Positions 39,162 to 50,200 of a stretch of 64,000 nucleotides of DNA are shown here, in pieces. Each line of letters starts with the position of its first letter. Positions within the stretch are counted from its first letter, which is position 1. The notes beneath the pieces were generated by a model. It saw only the letters and a list, made by a program, of their open reading frames with translations. It was not told the origin of the DNA and searched no databases. The position numbers and the translations under genes were made by a program. Origin of the DNA: Octopus bimaculoides (taxonomy: Eukaryota); the NCBI RefSeq assembly GCF_001194135.2, contig NC_068987.1:11270643-11334642 (forward strand), read 5' to 3'.

Positions 39162-39649
39162 ACTATTACCTTTCAAATGGCACTTTAGGACTTAGTTGAT
39201 ACCTTAGGTGTGTATAGTTCAATTTAGAATCAGAACATCTATTTTCTTTGGCAGGAGACCTAAATTTTAATGAATGTACATAATTTGAAAACATTTGATT
39301 TACACGTCTTATATTATTTATTTTTTTCCTTTATAATTCAATTTATTTTTTACTTTGTTTCAGCAGCAGTCAAAATGTGGGCCTGTGCTATTTAAATTTA
39401 AACTTAATAATTCTTCAAAATCAAGAAATCAACTCTTAAATTGGATTTTACCTGAGTGTGTCTGCGTTTTGCGGAGGGCTCTGGCAACATAGTGGTAAGT
39501 CTATTATTATTATTATTATTATTATTATCATTATTTTTCCATCAAGGTCAATGTAATCAACTACCCTTCCCCTCAAAATTTCAGGCCATATACCTATAGT
39601 AGAAAGGATTATTATTATTATTGTTATTATTAGTAGTAGTAGTACTAAG

Positions 39650-39890
39650 AAGGTGGTAAACTGGCAGAATTGTTAGCACACCAGGCGAGAGGCTTAGCAA
39701 CATTTTTGCCTGCCTTCATGTATCTGAGTTCAAATCCTGCCATGGTCAACTTTGCCTTTTATCCTTTCGGGGTCGATAAATTAAGTATCAGTTGCATACT
39801 GGGGCCAATCTGATCGACTGGCTCCCCCCCCCCCCGAATTTTGGGCCTTGTGCCTAAAGTAGAGAAGATTATTATTATTATTATTATGCT
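39650..39890 (+). mobile_element. SINE family B copy
   Basis: B consensus between (ATT)n tracts. Confidence 0.8.
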
Positions 39891-40663
39891 TACATTTTGA
39901 AGGCAAGGCAGAGAATTAAACTAGATCCTTGTGGGCTAAATTAGAGTTCTCCTTTCAGAGACAGCTCTGTTTGCTTCCAAGAAAGGATTCCTAACTCTGC
40001 TTGCCTTGAAACTCAGTAAAAAAAAAAAAAAAACTTCTATCTTAATTTGGTAGTTTTGCAAAGCAATTATTATTTATACTGAATTCAAACAAGAAATAGT
40101 TTTGGAGAAATATTTCAGCATATATTTTGTCTCAGCTTTAAATTTTAAGTTTAACCATATAAAAAAAATTTAACGAAGCGTAATTACATAATAATAATAA
40201 TTACAATATTATTTTGCTTTTGTTTTGTTTTACTCTGAGGCATTGAGAATAAACAGTATAATTTGAAATTAATTTTACTTTTTGATATATATTGTTGTTG
40301 TTGGTGTTACTATTACTACTACTACTACATTTTACGCAAAAAGAAAATTATGCTAAATGAATACATAGTTGCTGTTACCATTCAAATATCTTTTATTACT
40401 ATGTCACGATTGCAGAAAAAGAAAAAAAAAAAGTCAAGTTTTCCTGTAACGAACTGTTTTTAGTCATGAAAGGGTTAAAAGTTAGAATTTGTCTTTTGGT
40501 ATCTTTATTTTTTTTTGATTGCTGTACATAACTGTTAGATTTAGATGGTAACCTTTTGTAGGTATGAAATATCAGTTTGTAAGACTTACAAATAATTTGT
40601 GCCTCAAAGTACCCCTAACATCAATAAGACCATTGTGTTTATCAATATATATATATCATCTGT

Positions 40664-40888
40664 AAGGCGATGAGCTGGCAGAACTGTTAGCATACAGGAA
40701 GAAATGCTTAGTGGCATTTCATCCATCTTAACGTTCTGAGTTCAAATTCTGCCAAGGTCGACTTTGACTTTCACCCTTTCAGGGGCGATAAAACAAGTAC
40801 CAGTTGAGCTCTGGGGTTAATTCAATGAACCATCCTATCCCCCTCCCCTCCAAAAGTTCATGTCTTGTGCCTATAGTAGAAAGGAATA
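40664..40888 (+). mobile_element. SINE family B copy
   Basis: aaggcgatgagctggcagaa...gcctatagtagaaagg. Confidence 0.8.
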
Positions 40889-41103
40889 GATATATTACCC
40901 TGAAAAGAAAATGCGTTCTCCAGAGGTGAAATACGATATTCATGTTCTGAGCTGCCAAAATGAATTAAAATTGAATATGTACATCATTTTAATTTTTTGT
41001 TGTTCTACATTTTAATTAATTATCTATTTGGCTGGCATCAGCATACATCAGTAAATAATTTGCTTAGTGAATTCTCTGAACAAGAATCACCCTTCTTTTT
41101 TAA

Positions 41104-41299
41104 CCCTTTAGCATTCAGATCTCTATTGCTTATTTATTCATATTGTTTTGAATTAATCACATATTTTGTAGCTTCATGAGTTCAATGGTGTGTTTGTATA
41201 CTTTTACAATGGCATTCTAGTTTAGGTGTGAGAAGTTGGCTCTGGCCAGTTTTGACATAAAACTGGTAGAATATTTGGGCCGGATTAAATGCCAAAGGG
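41104..41299. mobile_element. piggyBac-type MITE, 196 bp
   Basis: TTAA-CCCTTTAGCATT...AATGCCAAAGGG-TTAA; related copies at about 16370-16720, 36325-36650, 37900-38130 and 52350-52490. Confidence 0.85.
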
Positions 41300-42571
41300 T
41301 TAAATACATTGATCTGAGGGAAACTTTCACTGAAGAGATACAACCAGGTCGAAACAGCAGTGTGTCATAGTCCTCTTTCTGAAAGCAGTTTTTCTCTAAA
41401 GGCAAAACACAACAGCAGTTAACATATTCACATTCTTGTTGCAACCTATCTTTTGAATTTCATAGATACACAAACGTTGAAAGTTACTGCTTAGCTCACT
41501 CTTTCTTTTTTCTTTATCAGCTCGTAAAAAAAAAACCATGCTTACTTTTGAAATGTTGTGTTTGTGGAAGGTATAGACTAATTTCTGCCAACATAATTAG
41601 CATACATCTATGCAAATAACATTGGCAGTTTATTATTCTCCATCAATACAATGTTGATAATAGTAACAGCAGCACTGACCATTGATTTAGACATGTACTT
41701 TATTTGAACAAAGGAAAAACTGCCTGCAGTTTATTAGCCCTGATCTTTTATTTAGCAGGCAAGATCTAGTGTCACAATGAGGACAGCTGAGTGGAACGCT
41801 TCCGACAGATGCTGTCTGTTGTCTTGTTATTGTTACTGTAGCCATCATCCACCTGGCCCTCTTTGCTTGATATCAGACCAATGCATGCATGTGGATAGCT
41901 TACTGAGTGATTGAGAGTAAAGCATATTGATTCAGTACAAATAACACGAACTGGCTTCGTCTGGATGCTGTAGATACATACATACTATCATGTTTAACCT
42001 GACCTAAGTTTTGCTTATGGATTATCGCTGGGAAACAGAACAGGATGTTTCGAACATTAATTACATTAAGGTGAAGTTGAGCAATGTTTTAAGTGACGGC
42101 ACACAATATAAAATATTTCAGAAGACATTGAAGAAATAGTGCTGGGGACTGCACCAAAGGGCTGGCAACGGGTGTAACGTAAGCAGTGTTTTGGTCAAGT
42201 GAGAGGGTGATAATGTCCGTGGCTTTGCAAACTGGGGTTGATGTGGTTGATGTTCAAGGGGGCGGGTAGAAGAGAAGAGCGTCAATAAGACATAAAGAAG
42301 GGTACCAAGTGCTTGCAACAGAAAAGTACCCAAGGAACATGATGCGGCAGTGGTGGTGGTGGTGGTGGTGGTTATTAAAGAAACTAAAGCAGAGATAATT
42401 TACTTTGTGTATTTTGTTTATTGATTTCGTTAGAGCAGAGTGAACAATGGTGTCACGATCATGAGAGAGCCAGTTACTCGACCTGCTGAAAGTGGCAGCA
42501 AACATTCTTTCAAATTGAAACACACTATTTGTAAAACATATGAAAATCTTTAGTCTGTATATAAGTAAGTA

Positions 42572-42781
42572 CAGGGTGTGGCAGAAATAGCTCCCACGTT
42601 TTAAACTTTCACCTATGTGCTGCTAATGAACTTATGCAAGTGCCAATGATGTTTACATTTAGCTAATGAACAAAGACTAACCCATCGTTTAAACAATGGT
42701 AAAATTAATTTTTCATAAATGTTGTTTTCTTTTTCCTTCTGTCAACCTTTCAAATGTGGGAGGTATTTCTGCCGCACCTTG
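42572..42781. mobile_element. Tc1/mariner-type MITE
   Basis: TA-CAGGGTGTGGCAGAAATAGCTCCCAC ... GTGGGAGGTATTTCTGCCGCACCTTG-TA. Confidence 0.85.
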
Positions 42782-42814
42782 TATGCGCGCGCGCGCACAC
42801 ACACACACACACGA

Positions 42815-42846
<32 letters not shown>

Positions 42847-42940
42847 TAAAATACTACTATAAACCATTCTCAATGTAGAGATGACTGTATTATACAATGT
42901 ATTTTTGTCAACGTAGCATAGGACTAGAACAACATTATGA

Positions 42941-42990
<50 letters not shown>

Positions 42991-43289
42991 GCTATTGAAA
43001 TTATACTATACACTTGTCTCTCTGTCTCCCTTACCTGTGTGTGTGTGTGTGGGTACACACACACACACATTATAATTTCCTTCACTGGTTTCATTTGTTG
43101 GAATGCTGTGCCATACTGGGGCACACCTTAAAAGATCTAATCAATTATATTGAACCAAGTACATGTTTCTATTATTGATGGTTTCTTTTTGCTGAAGCAC
43201 TGTGAAACATAAAAGGTACAAGGTAGATATAGGCACTGACATTCATGCATAGATACTATATATATATATATATATATATATATTCACGC

Positions 43290-43977
43290 ACACACACCAT
43301 ACATATTTACATTTGTACAACACATATGTACAAATATATATATATATATATATTTGCACAGCAAATATACATAGATGTATACATTCATACAACATATATA
43401 CATCCATGTATACATTTGTACAACAAATATATATCCATGTATGCATTTGTACAACATATATACATCCATGTATGCATCCGTACATATATACATCCATGTA
43501 TACATCTGTACATTTATACACACTTAAACATATATATACATATATACACACGTGTGTGTGTGTGCTAAAATTCTGCAGTTTCTGTCTATCAAATTTGACT
43601 CACAAGGTATCGGCTACTTTAAGTCTATAATGGAAGACTAATTTAAGTTTCTGCTCTGTGGATAGAATTCCAAAGAACTCCATTGTTTAAAAAAAAAATC
43701 CATAACCTGTTTAATTTTACACACACACTGTGCATGAATGCAAGGATGTATATATGTATGTATGAACGTATACATGTATGTATATGTGTTGTACTAATGT
43801 ATACATGTATGTACATGTGTTGTACGAATGTCATCATCATCATCATCATCGTTTAACGTCCGCTTTCCATGCTAGCATGGGTTGGACGATTTGACTGAGG
43901 ACTGGTGAAACCGGATGGCAACACCAGGCTCCAGTGAATGTATACATATATATATATTATATGTTGTACGAATGTAT

Positions 43978-44022
<45 letters not shown>

Positions 44023-44470
44023 ACGAATGTATACATATATATATATATATCATAAATATACAGGGATTAGCATTGAGTTGCTTCTCCAACATACTAATCC
44101 CTGTATATTTATGATGATAAATGGTTTTACCGATAAAGGTTTTTTCATACTGAACTACTTGGCAAAATTGTTAATTATTAACTCTATTATTAATTGACGA
44201 TTCCCTCCCCTATATATATATATATATATATATATTGTACTAATGTATGCATGTATGTATATGTTGTACTAATGTATATATGTATGTATATATGATTGTA
44301 TACATGTGTGTATATGTTTGAATGTATACATGTATGTATATATGTTGTACGATTGTATATATGACTGTGTATATATGTTGTTTGAATGTATGTATATATG
44401 TTATACGAATGTATACATGTATGTATATGTGTTGGACGAATGTATACATGTATATGTATGTATATATACA
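43290..44470. repeat. two oppositely oriented arrays of a roughly 26-30 bp TA-rich minisatellite
   Basis: Unit tatatatgttgtacgaatgtatacatgtatg on + at about 43740-44470, and its reverse complement at about 43290-43530. Confidence 0.75.
43831..43933 (-). mobile_element. 5'-truncated family D copy
   Basis: (CAT)n tail plus 80 bp; reverse complement differs from 45155-45260 at one base. Confidence 0.85.
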
Positions 44471-44861
44471 CACATACACACATGTATATATGTTATTATT
44501 AAATCCAATCATGTTGATATATATTTATGTGTATGTATGTATGAGTATGTAAAATACATGTGTATTTATGTGTATTATATAAAAATGTATGATATCACCT
44601 TACTTTGAGCTGTGCGGATAATACCGGACTGACTTGGTGCTTCAATTTAAGTATCTAATTCAACTGAATCTTAATTATTTCTTAAATGTATAATATATAC
44701 TTATATAACATCACCATCATCATTTAATGTCTGTTTTCCATGCTGGTATGGGTTGGATTGTTTGACAGGAGTTGGTGAGCTAGACAGTTGCACTGGGCTC
44801 CATTAGGTGTGTGTATGTATGTATGTATGTATCCATATATGTGGGTGTCCCTAAATGTGTT

Positions 44862-45016
44862 CAGGGTGTCCATAAATTACCATTACAACCTGAAAAATTC
44901 AGAAAGCAATTTGTTGTGCAGCAGTTGCATCACTTTCCAACAAGATGTTGCATTTTTCATTGGATGGGGTGGGGGGACTGTGAGTTCGAGAGTTTGGGTA
45001 ATTTTTAGGCACCCTA
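44862..45016. mobile_element. Tc1/mariner-type MITE (degenerate)
   Basis: CAGGGTGTCCATAAATTACC / GGTAATTTTTAGGCACCCTA. Confidence 0.65.
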
Positions 45017-45087
45017 TATATCTATCTATACCCATATATTTTTCTTAGCTCATTTTGTTTAAATTATATAGATTATCGTGGCCATAA

Positions 45088-45264
45088 ACTACACTCTCTG
45101 AGTGGTTGGCGTTAGGAAGGGCATCCAGCTGTAGAAACTCAGCCAAGTTTAGATTGGAGCCTGGTGTTGCCATCCGGTTTCACCAGTCCTCAGTCAAGTC
45201 GTCCAACCCATGCTAGCATGGAAAGCGGACGTTAAACGATGATGATGATGATGATGATGATGAT
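45088..45264 (+). mobile_element. family D copy, young
   Basis: agtggttggcgttaggaagggcatccagctgtagaaactc...gttaaacgatgatgat. Confidence 0.85.
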
Positions 45265-45289
45265 AAATATGTTCCACTCTTTGATTAAA

Positions 45290-45490
45290 TCCCTTGACTA
45301 CTGGAGTTAGTAGTACTGGACAATTACCATGCTGATGAGGCTTATCAAGGCAGAAATATGTGTCCACAAGTGTCCTCTTATCTCCAAACAGTAAACCTTT
45401 CTTAATGTCCTGTCAACTTAGGAGAATTGTTTAATTTTTTAAGATTATTCTCCCCTTCTCACATAGAACTTGTTTTAATTACTCTTTGGT
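45290..45490 (+). mobile_element. probable Penelope-like 3' end with degenerate hammerhead motif
   Basis: CTGATGA-ggcttatcaaggca-GAAA-tatgt-GTC at 45332-45364, followed by an AT-rich tail. Confidence 0.5.
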
Positions 45491-46062
45491 AATTATATAT
45501 CCACTGGAGACAGAGATAATTTTAATAAATCAAGAATTTATGCTGTATGGCATTTGATATAATAAGTTTGGTTTAGGAAGCAAGATAAACAACTCTGATG
45601 TGTAGCAATAGTTATGAAACTTAAAATTCTCCTATTCCTCATTCTCAGATATCCATAGATTCTACTGTTATATTTTCACAGCTTGACGAAAAATATGTTT
45701 ATTAAATATATCTTACGCGTTTTCCGCGTAGATATTTATTCAAACAATACTTTGTTGATGTCTTTGTTAATGAATTCCCGGGCATTCACCTTGTACCATG
45801 TAAACGACTTTATGCTGCTAATAGTTTGTTTACATTTTTATATAAGAAAATATGTTCAGCTAAACTTCTGCAACTCAGGAACGAGGGGAGCGACTCTTGA
45901 TAAATTATTAACAAATATGAGAACTATATTAGCAAATTCTTTGCTTTCAACTACCAATGGTTCTTAGATCTAATCAGTTTGTCTTTCCACAGCTAGACTA
46001 TATGTCCATTAAACATGTATATTGTTTCCATGCCCACATCTATTCAATACTACGTCAGTGCT

Positions 46063-46093
<31 letters not shown>

Positions 46094-46195
46094 GTATATA
46101 TTCTGTGTTAAATGAAGATATGAGGATGAGTTGAAATTCTGTAAATAATATAAGTTTGTTTGTATGTGTTCACCATATATTGGTTATAGTGAATA

Positions 46196-46278
46196 GTCTA
46201 ATATTGGGGCATATAAGCTCTTGGCGCATGCTAATACCCATTTTTTCCATTGCGGGCTTATGTGTCCCAATATTAGAC
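46196..46278 (+). ncRNA. hairpin, pre-miRNA candidate (or tiny foldback element)
   Basis: 25-bp uninterrupted stem with 3 G-U pairs and a 33-nt loop. Confidence 0.35.
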
Positions 46279-47665
46279 CATACACACACACACACACACA
46301 GAGTGAACATTTATAAGCAAGCTCACTCTTACTATTATTACAGAAGATGTATAGTTAAAATTATAATAATATTCAGGTATAAACCTTGTATGTTGTGTTA
46401 AACATGTCTACAGTCATTGGCTACCTGATGTCAACATCATATAGTGATGCATATTCTACTGGATTTACTTCTGAAAATATATATATGAACATGCATACTT
46501 ACATACATACATATATATCTGTGGGTGTGTGTGATCATCACCATTGTTTACTATTTATTTTCCAAGCTGGTATGGGTTGGATGATTCAACAGGACTCTAT
46601 GCCAATCTCCGATATCAGCTTTGGCGTGGCTTCTTTGGCTCGATATGCTTCCTAATGCCACCCACTTGACAGAGGGTACTGACTGCTTCTTGTGTGCATG
46701 TGTGGTTTTTGTGTGTATTTAAAAGTGGCAATAATTTTATATTCTAAAGACATAAACAATATAACAGATGTTGTTTCTGTTGAGAATAATGCTTGCTTTT
46801 TTTTGATAATATAATAATCTTTACTGCATATATATAAACACAAGAGCGTGTGTGTTTGTGCTATTAACATGTTATATCCTTTTTGTTAATATCTTTTTTG
46901 TTTTTGTAGTAAGTCATAAAGTTGTAAATTGGCAAAGTCATTAGAGCGCTGGATAGAATGGCTCCATGTGCTCTAAGTTCAAATCTCGCTGAGGTTGACT
47001 TTGCCTTTTACATTTTTGGGATCAGTAACAAAGTACCAACCTTGGGCATTGGATTGGCTGAACTGTTAGAGGATCAGGATTGCTGTCTTGTAGTATTTGA
47101 TCCAGCTTTCTGCATTCTGCAAGCAAAAGCTGCAACAACATTGGGGCTAAATTGTAATCAATGACGGACTTTCCTTTAGATAAACATCAATGTTGTGGAG
47201 AAAGGTGAGATCTCTATGCATAGGCAGCTACCAATCTTCTTCAATTTTTATCTACCTGCTCAAGGAAAAAACACTTATATAGCTACTTCTGAATAGCTGT
47301 CACATCACATATTCAGTTGCAGTTCAACCCAGAGTTTTAGTGATAAACCAAACAGAACACTTGTAGTTCTTACCTATTACTTTAAGTCAATTGACAAATA
47401 CTCCTTACATTATATTTTAGTTTCTTGGTAGATTACCTTTCTTAGGAAACAGTCACTTACAATCTCATTTTTGTGTTTTATTTGCAAGATTCTTGATGTG
47501 AACTTGTGTGTTGAAATATATTTTGTTGTATCTCAAGAGGGTTGCTCTGGTTCTATTTCACTTCTGTTATTGTTATTCATCATCATCATCATTATTATTA
47601 TTAATATTATTAGTCAACTTGTTAACAGTTCAACCAATTAACTAATTGATTGTTTGATTAATCGT

Positions 47666-47766
47666 TCAGTCCGTGAGTTGATCAGCTAGGTTTGTCAAAG
47701 TCCTTTCGTCACCCATCCATGACCTCATCAATAACCTGTCCCGACCCTCCCGAGATACAACAAATT
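47666..47766 (-). CDS. candidate terminal exon (EFVVSREGRDRLLMRSWMGDERTLTNLADQLTD*)
   Basis: Acceptor tttatcacAG, unique CpG-containing patch; a + strand frame is also open, so ambiguous. Confidence 0.2.
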
Positions 47767-48074
47767 CTGTGATAAATTTTGATTTGATTACATGTATTAC
47801 GATACACACTCATTATTTTCTTTCAACTGTTATGAACCAACCAAATTTACTTGGCCTGCTAGAAATAGCAGTCAAATCTCTATCAGTTCACACGTTACCA
47901 TTTAAAAAAGAAAGGACACATTAGTCAATTTAGAATGCAATAGTCATTTCTAGAATGTTATGTCTTAGTCGCAATGATGTTCTCATCTCAATTGTTACTT
48001 TTCACTTAGTTTTGGCTATGTACCATCCAGCCTTCTTCAAGCTGTGATTACCATAGTATCTTGCCTACAAGCGA

Positions 48075-48460
48075 TGTTGTTGGCACTCCATCGCTTACGA
48101 CGTCTAGGGTTCCAGTTGATCCGATCAACGGAACAGCCTGCTCGTGAAATTAACGTGCAAGTGGCTGAGCACTCCACAGACACATGTACCCTTAACGTAG
48201 TTCTCGGGGATATTCAGTGTGACACAGTGTGACAAGGCTGACCCTTTGAATTACAGGCACAACAGAAACAGGAAGTAAGAGTGAGAGAAAGTTGTGGTGA
48301 AAGAGTACAATAGGGGTTGCCACCAGCCCCTGCCGGAGCCTCGTGGAGCTTTTAGGTGTTTTCGCTCAATAAACACTCACAACGCCCAGTCTAGGAATCG
48401 AAACCACGATCATATGACCGCGAGTCCGCTGCCCTAACCACTGGGCCATTGCGCCTCCAC
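48075..48460 (-). mobile_element. SINE family C copy
   Basis: Closely matches 13834-14212. Confidence 0.9.
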
Positions 48461-48468
48461 CTACTACA

Positions 48469-48660
48469 GGCATAGCACAGTCGATAAAGGCACTGGTTAA
48501 TGCAGTGGAGTCACCTAGAGATTCTGAGTTCAATCCCAGGCAAGGTGAATAATAAGTCACCTGAAGAAGGCTAGAACATAAACAGCGAAAATGTAGGGAA
48601 AAAGCAACAACCAAGATGAGGAGACCTCTCTGACTAAATACATAATATAAAAATTCTTCA
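48469..48660 (+). mobile_element. tRNA-headed element with Penelope/hammerhead-like tail
   Basis: A box TAGCACAGTCGA (48473), B box GAGTTCAATCCC (48526), then CTGAAGA-aggctagaacataaacagc-GAAA (48561). Confidence 0.5.
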
Positions 48661-48986
48661 TTTCAGAAATACAGAACTATATTGCTAGAATGTCTTTGAT
48701 CCAAGGCCTGCACCAACCGTTTTGAAATGTAATCTTAGATTCGTTACTCAACAAATTCAGCAATCTCTACTCCTTCTTTCAATATTGTCTCATCTCATAT
48801 GTGAAGTCCCTGTGTTTAATATCACATTGTCTTTCAACTACTTGTATTCTGGTCTTTCTTTAGTTTTTCACAATTGTGATACATTCTGCCACCACCACCA
48901 CCACCACCACCACCACCACCACCAACTCAACACNNNNNNNNNNNNNNNNNNNNNNNNNNNNNNNNNNNNNNNNNNNNNNNNNNNNN

Positions 48987-49023
<37 letters not shown>

Positions 49024-49268
49024 TAGCTAATTAACCAACCAAAGGAAACTAGTCTATTATATCTTTTTTCCATATTCACAATAAAGATTTAATATATCCA
49101 TTGTGTTTTCAAGAAACGTTTTTTCCCTCTGAAAAAGTCACCATTGTTATTAGTAAGTTCTTAGTTCTTAAGTCCTATCTTAAGCCATCACAGTCAAGGC
49201 CATGTAGGAGCACTGCCTTCAAAGACACCTCTATTTTTTCTTTTTCTTTTTCTTTTCTCTCTTCCTAG

Positions 49269-49307
49269 TAGTAAAGGATATTGCTTTCTCGATGACAACC
49301 TCTGCAA
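49269..49307 (+). CDS. candidate 39-nt (or 36-nt, NAGNAG) frame-preserving microexon
   Basis: Long pyrimidine tract ending cctAG(TAG); donor CAA|GTATGT; reads VKDIAFSMTTSA or SKGYCFLDDNLC. Confidence 0.3.
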
Positions 49308-49825
49308 GTATGTAGTAGTAGTAGTACAAACCAATGTTTGTTTAATTTGTTTTCCAGTTTAGATACCGACAAAAAAGACTGTAATAATACAGGTTATTTT
49401 TCTGTTTAACTTCTGTGGAGTCAAGTAACCAAACCCCTCTCTATTTAGCATGGGGAACCTTTTAAATTCTTGCTTTTCAGAAATTTACACTTTTAATAAA
49501 CCAACCGAGTTGTGTGGTGACTCACTCAGAGTTATGCTGGGGAAATAGAATGTACGAAGCTAAAATAGATTTCATGGCATGGTTAAATTGAATTTTTTGC
49601 TGAAGAAATTTAAATAGTTCCAAATAATTTCAGAGATTGGCATTTATTTGTTGTTGGCATAACTTCGTAATGAACAGCCTTACGCATCTCTTTATCATTC
49701 TGATCAATAGTTTTGAAGTGATTGCTGTTTGTTAACTGTAAATATTATGCAAATTGACTACACTTTCACTCTCTCTCTTCTTTCCTACCACTTTATCTCC
49801 CACCCACCCCTTTTTTTTCCAATAG

Positions 49826-49882
49826 AAATACCATCTCCTCAGCTTTGCGGACTTATCAATAATGAAAAGTCGAGTGCAGCTA
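49826..49882 (+). CDS. candidate 57-nt frame-preserving exon
   Basis: Long pyrimidine tract ending ccaatAG; donor CTA|GTTAGA; reads IPSPQLCGLINNEKSSAA or KYHLLSFADLSIMKSRVQL. Confidence 0.25.
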
Positions 49883-49983
49883 GTTAGATGAAACATAGAG
49901 AGGAATGTTGTACATGATTCACTTTCCTTCAAATCTGAATTCAAAATTGTTTCTGCTTCAGTAAAATAAATAGCAGTAATATA

Positions 49984-50200
49984 TGAGGGGTTGCTGAGAA
50001 GTTCCTCACTTTAAGTGAAAGAAAACACAGAAAGATCAGTTAATTATGATTTTATTCAACATATTCCTCTCTCAGATTCATACACTTATTGCAGCATTCC
50101 TTCAGTTTTTCTAAGCCCTGTGAAATAACTCAGAAGGTTGGGTCCCCAACTAGGCCTTTTGTGAGACCCTTAAAGCCAGGAACTTTTCAGCACCACCTCG
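49984..50200 (-). mobile_element. mariner-derived MITE, second copy
   Basis: TA-tgaggggttgctgagaagttcc / ggaacttttcagcaccacctcg-TA; minus strand GLEKLKECCNKCMNLREEYVE*. Confidence 0.85.

Noticed and set aside
47730-47766. Minus-strand NLLYLGRVGTGY resembling a DNA ligase OB motif
   Set aside because: Immediately followed by two stops, with no other ligase sequence
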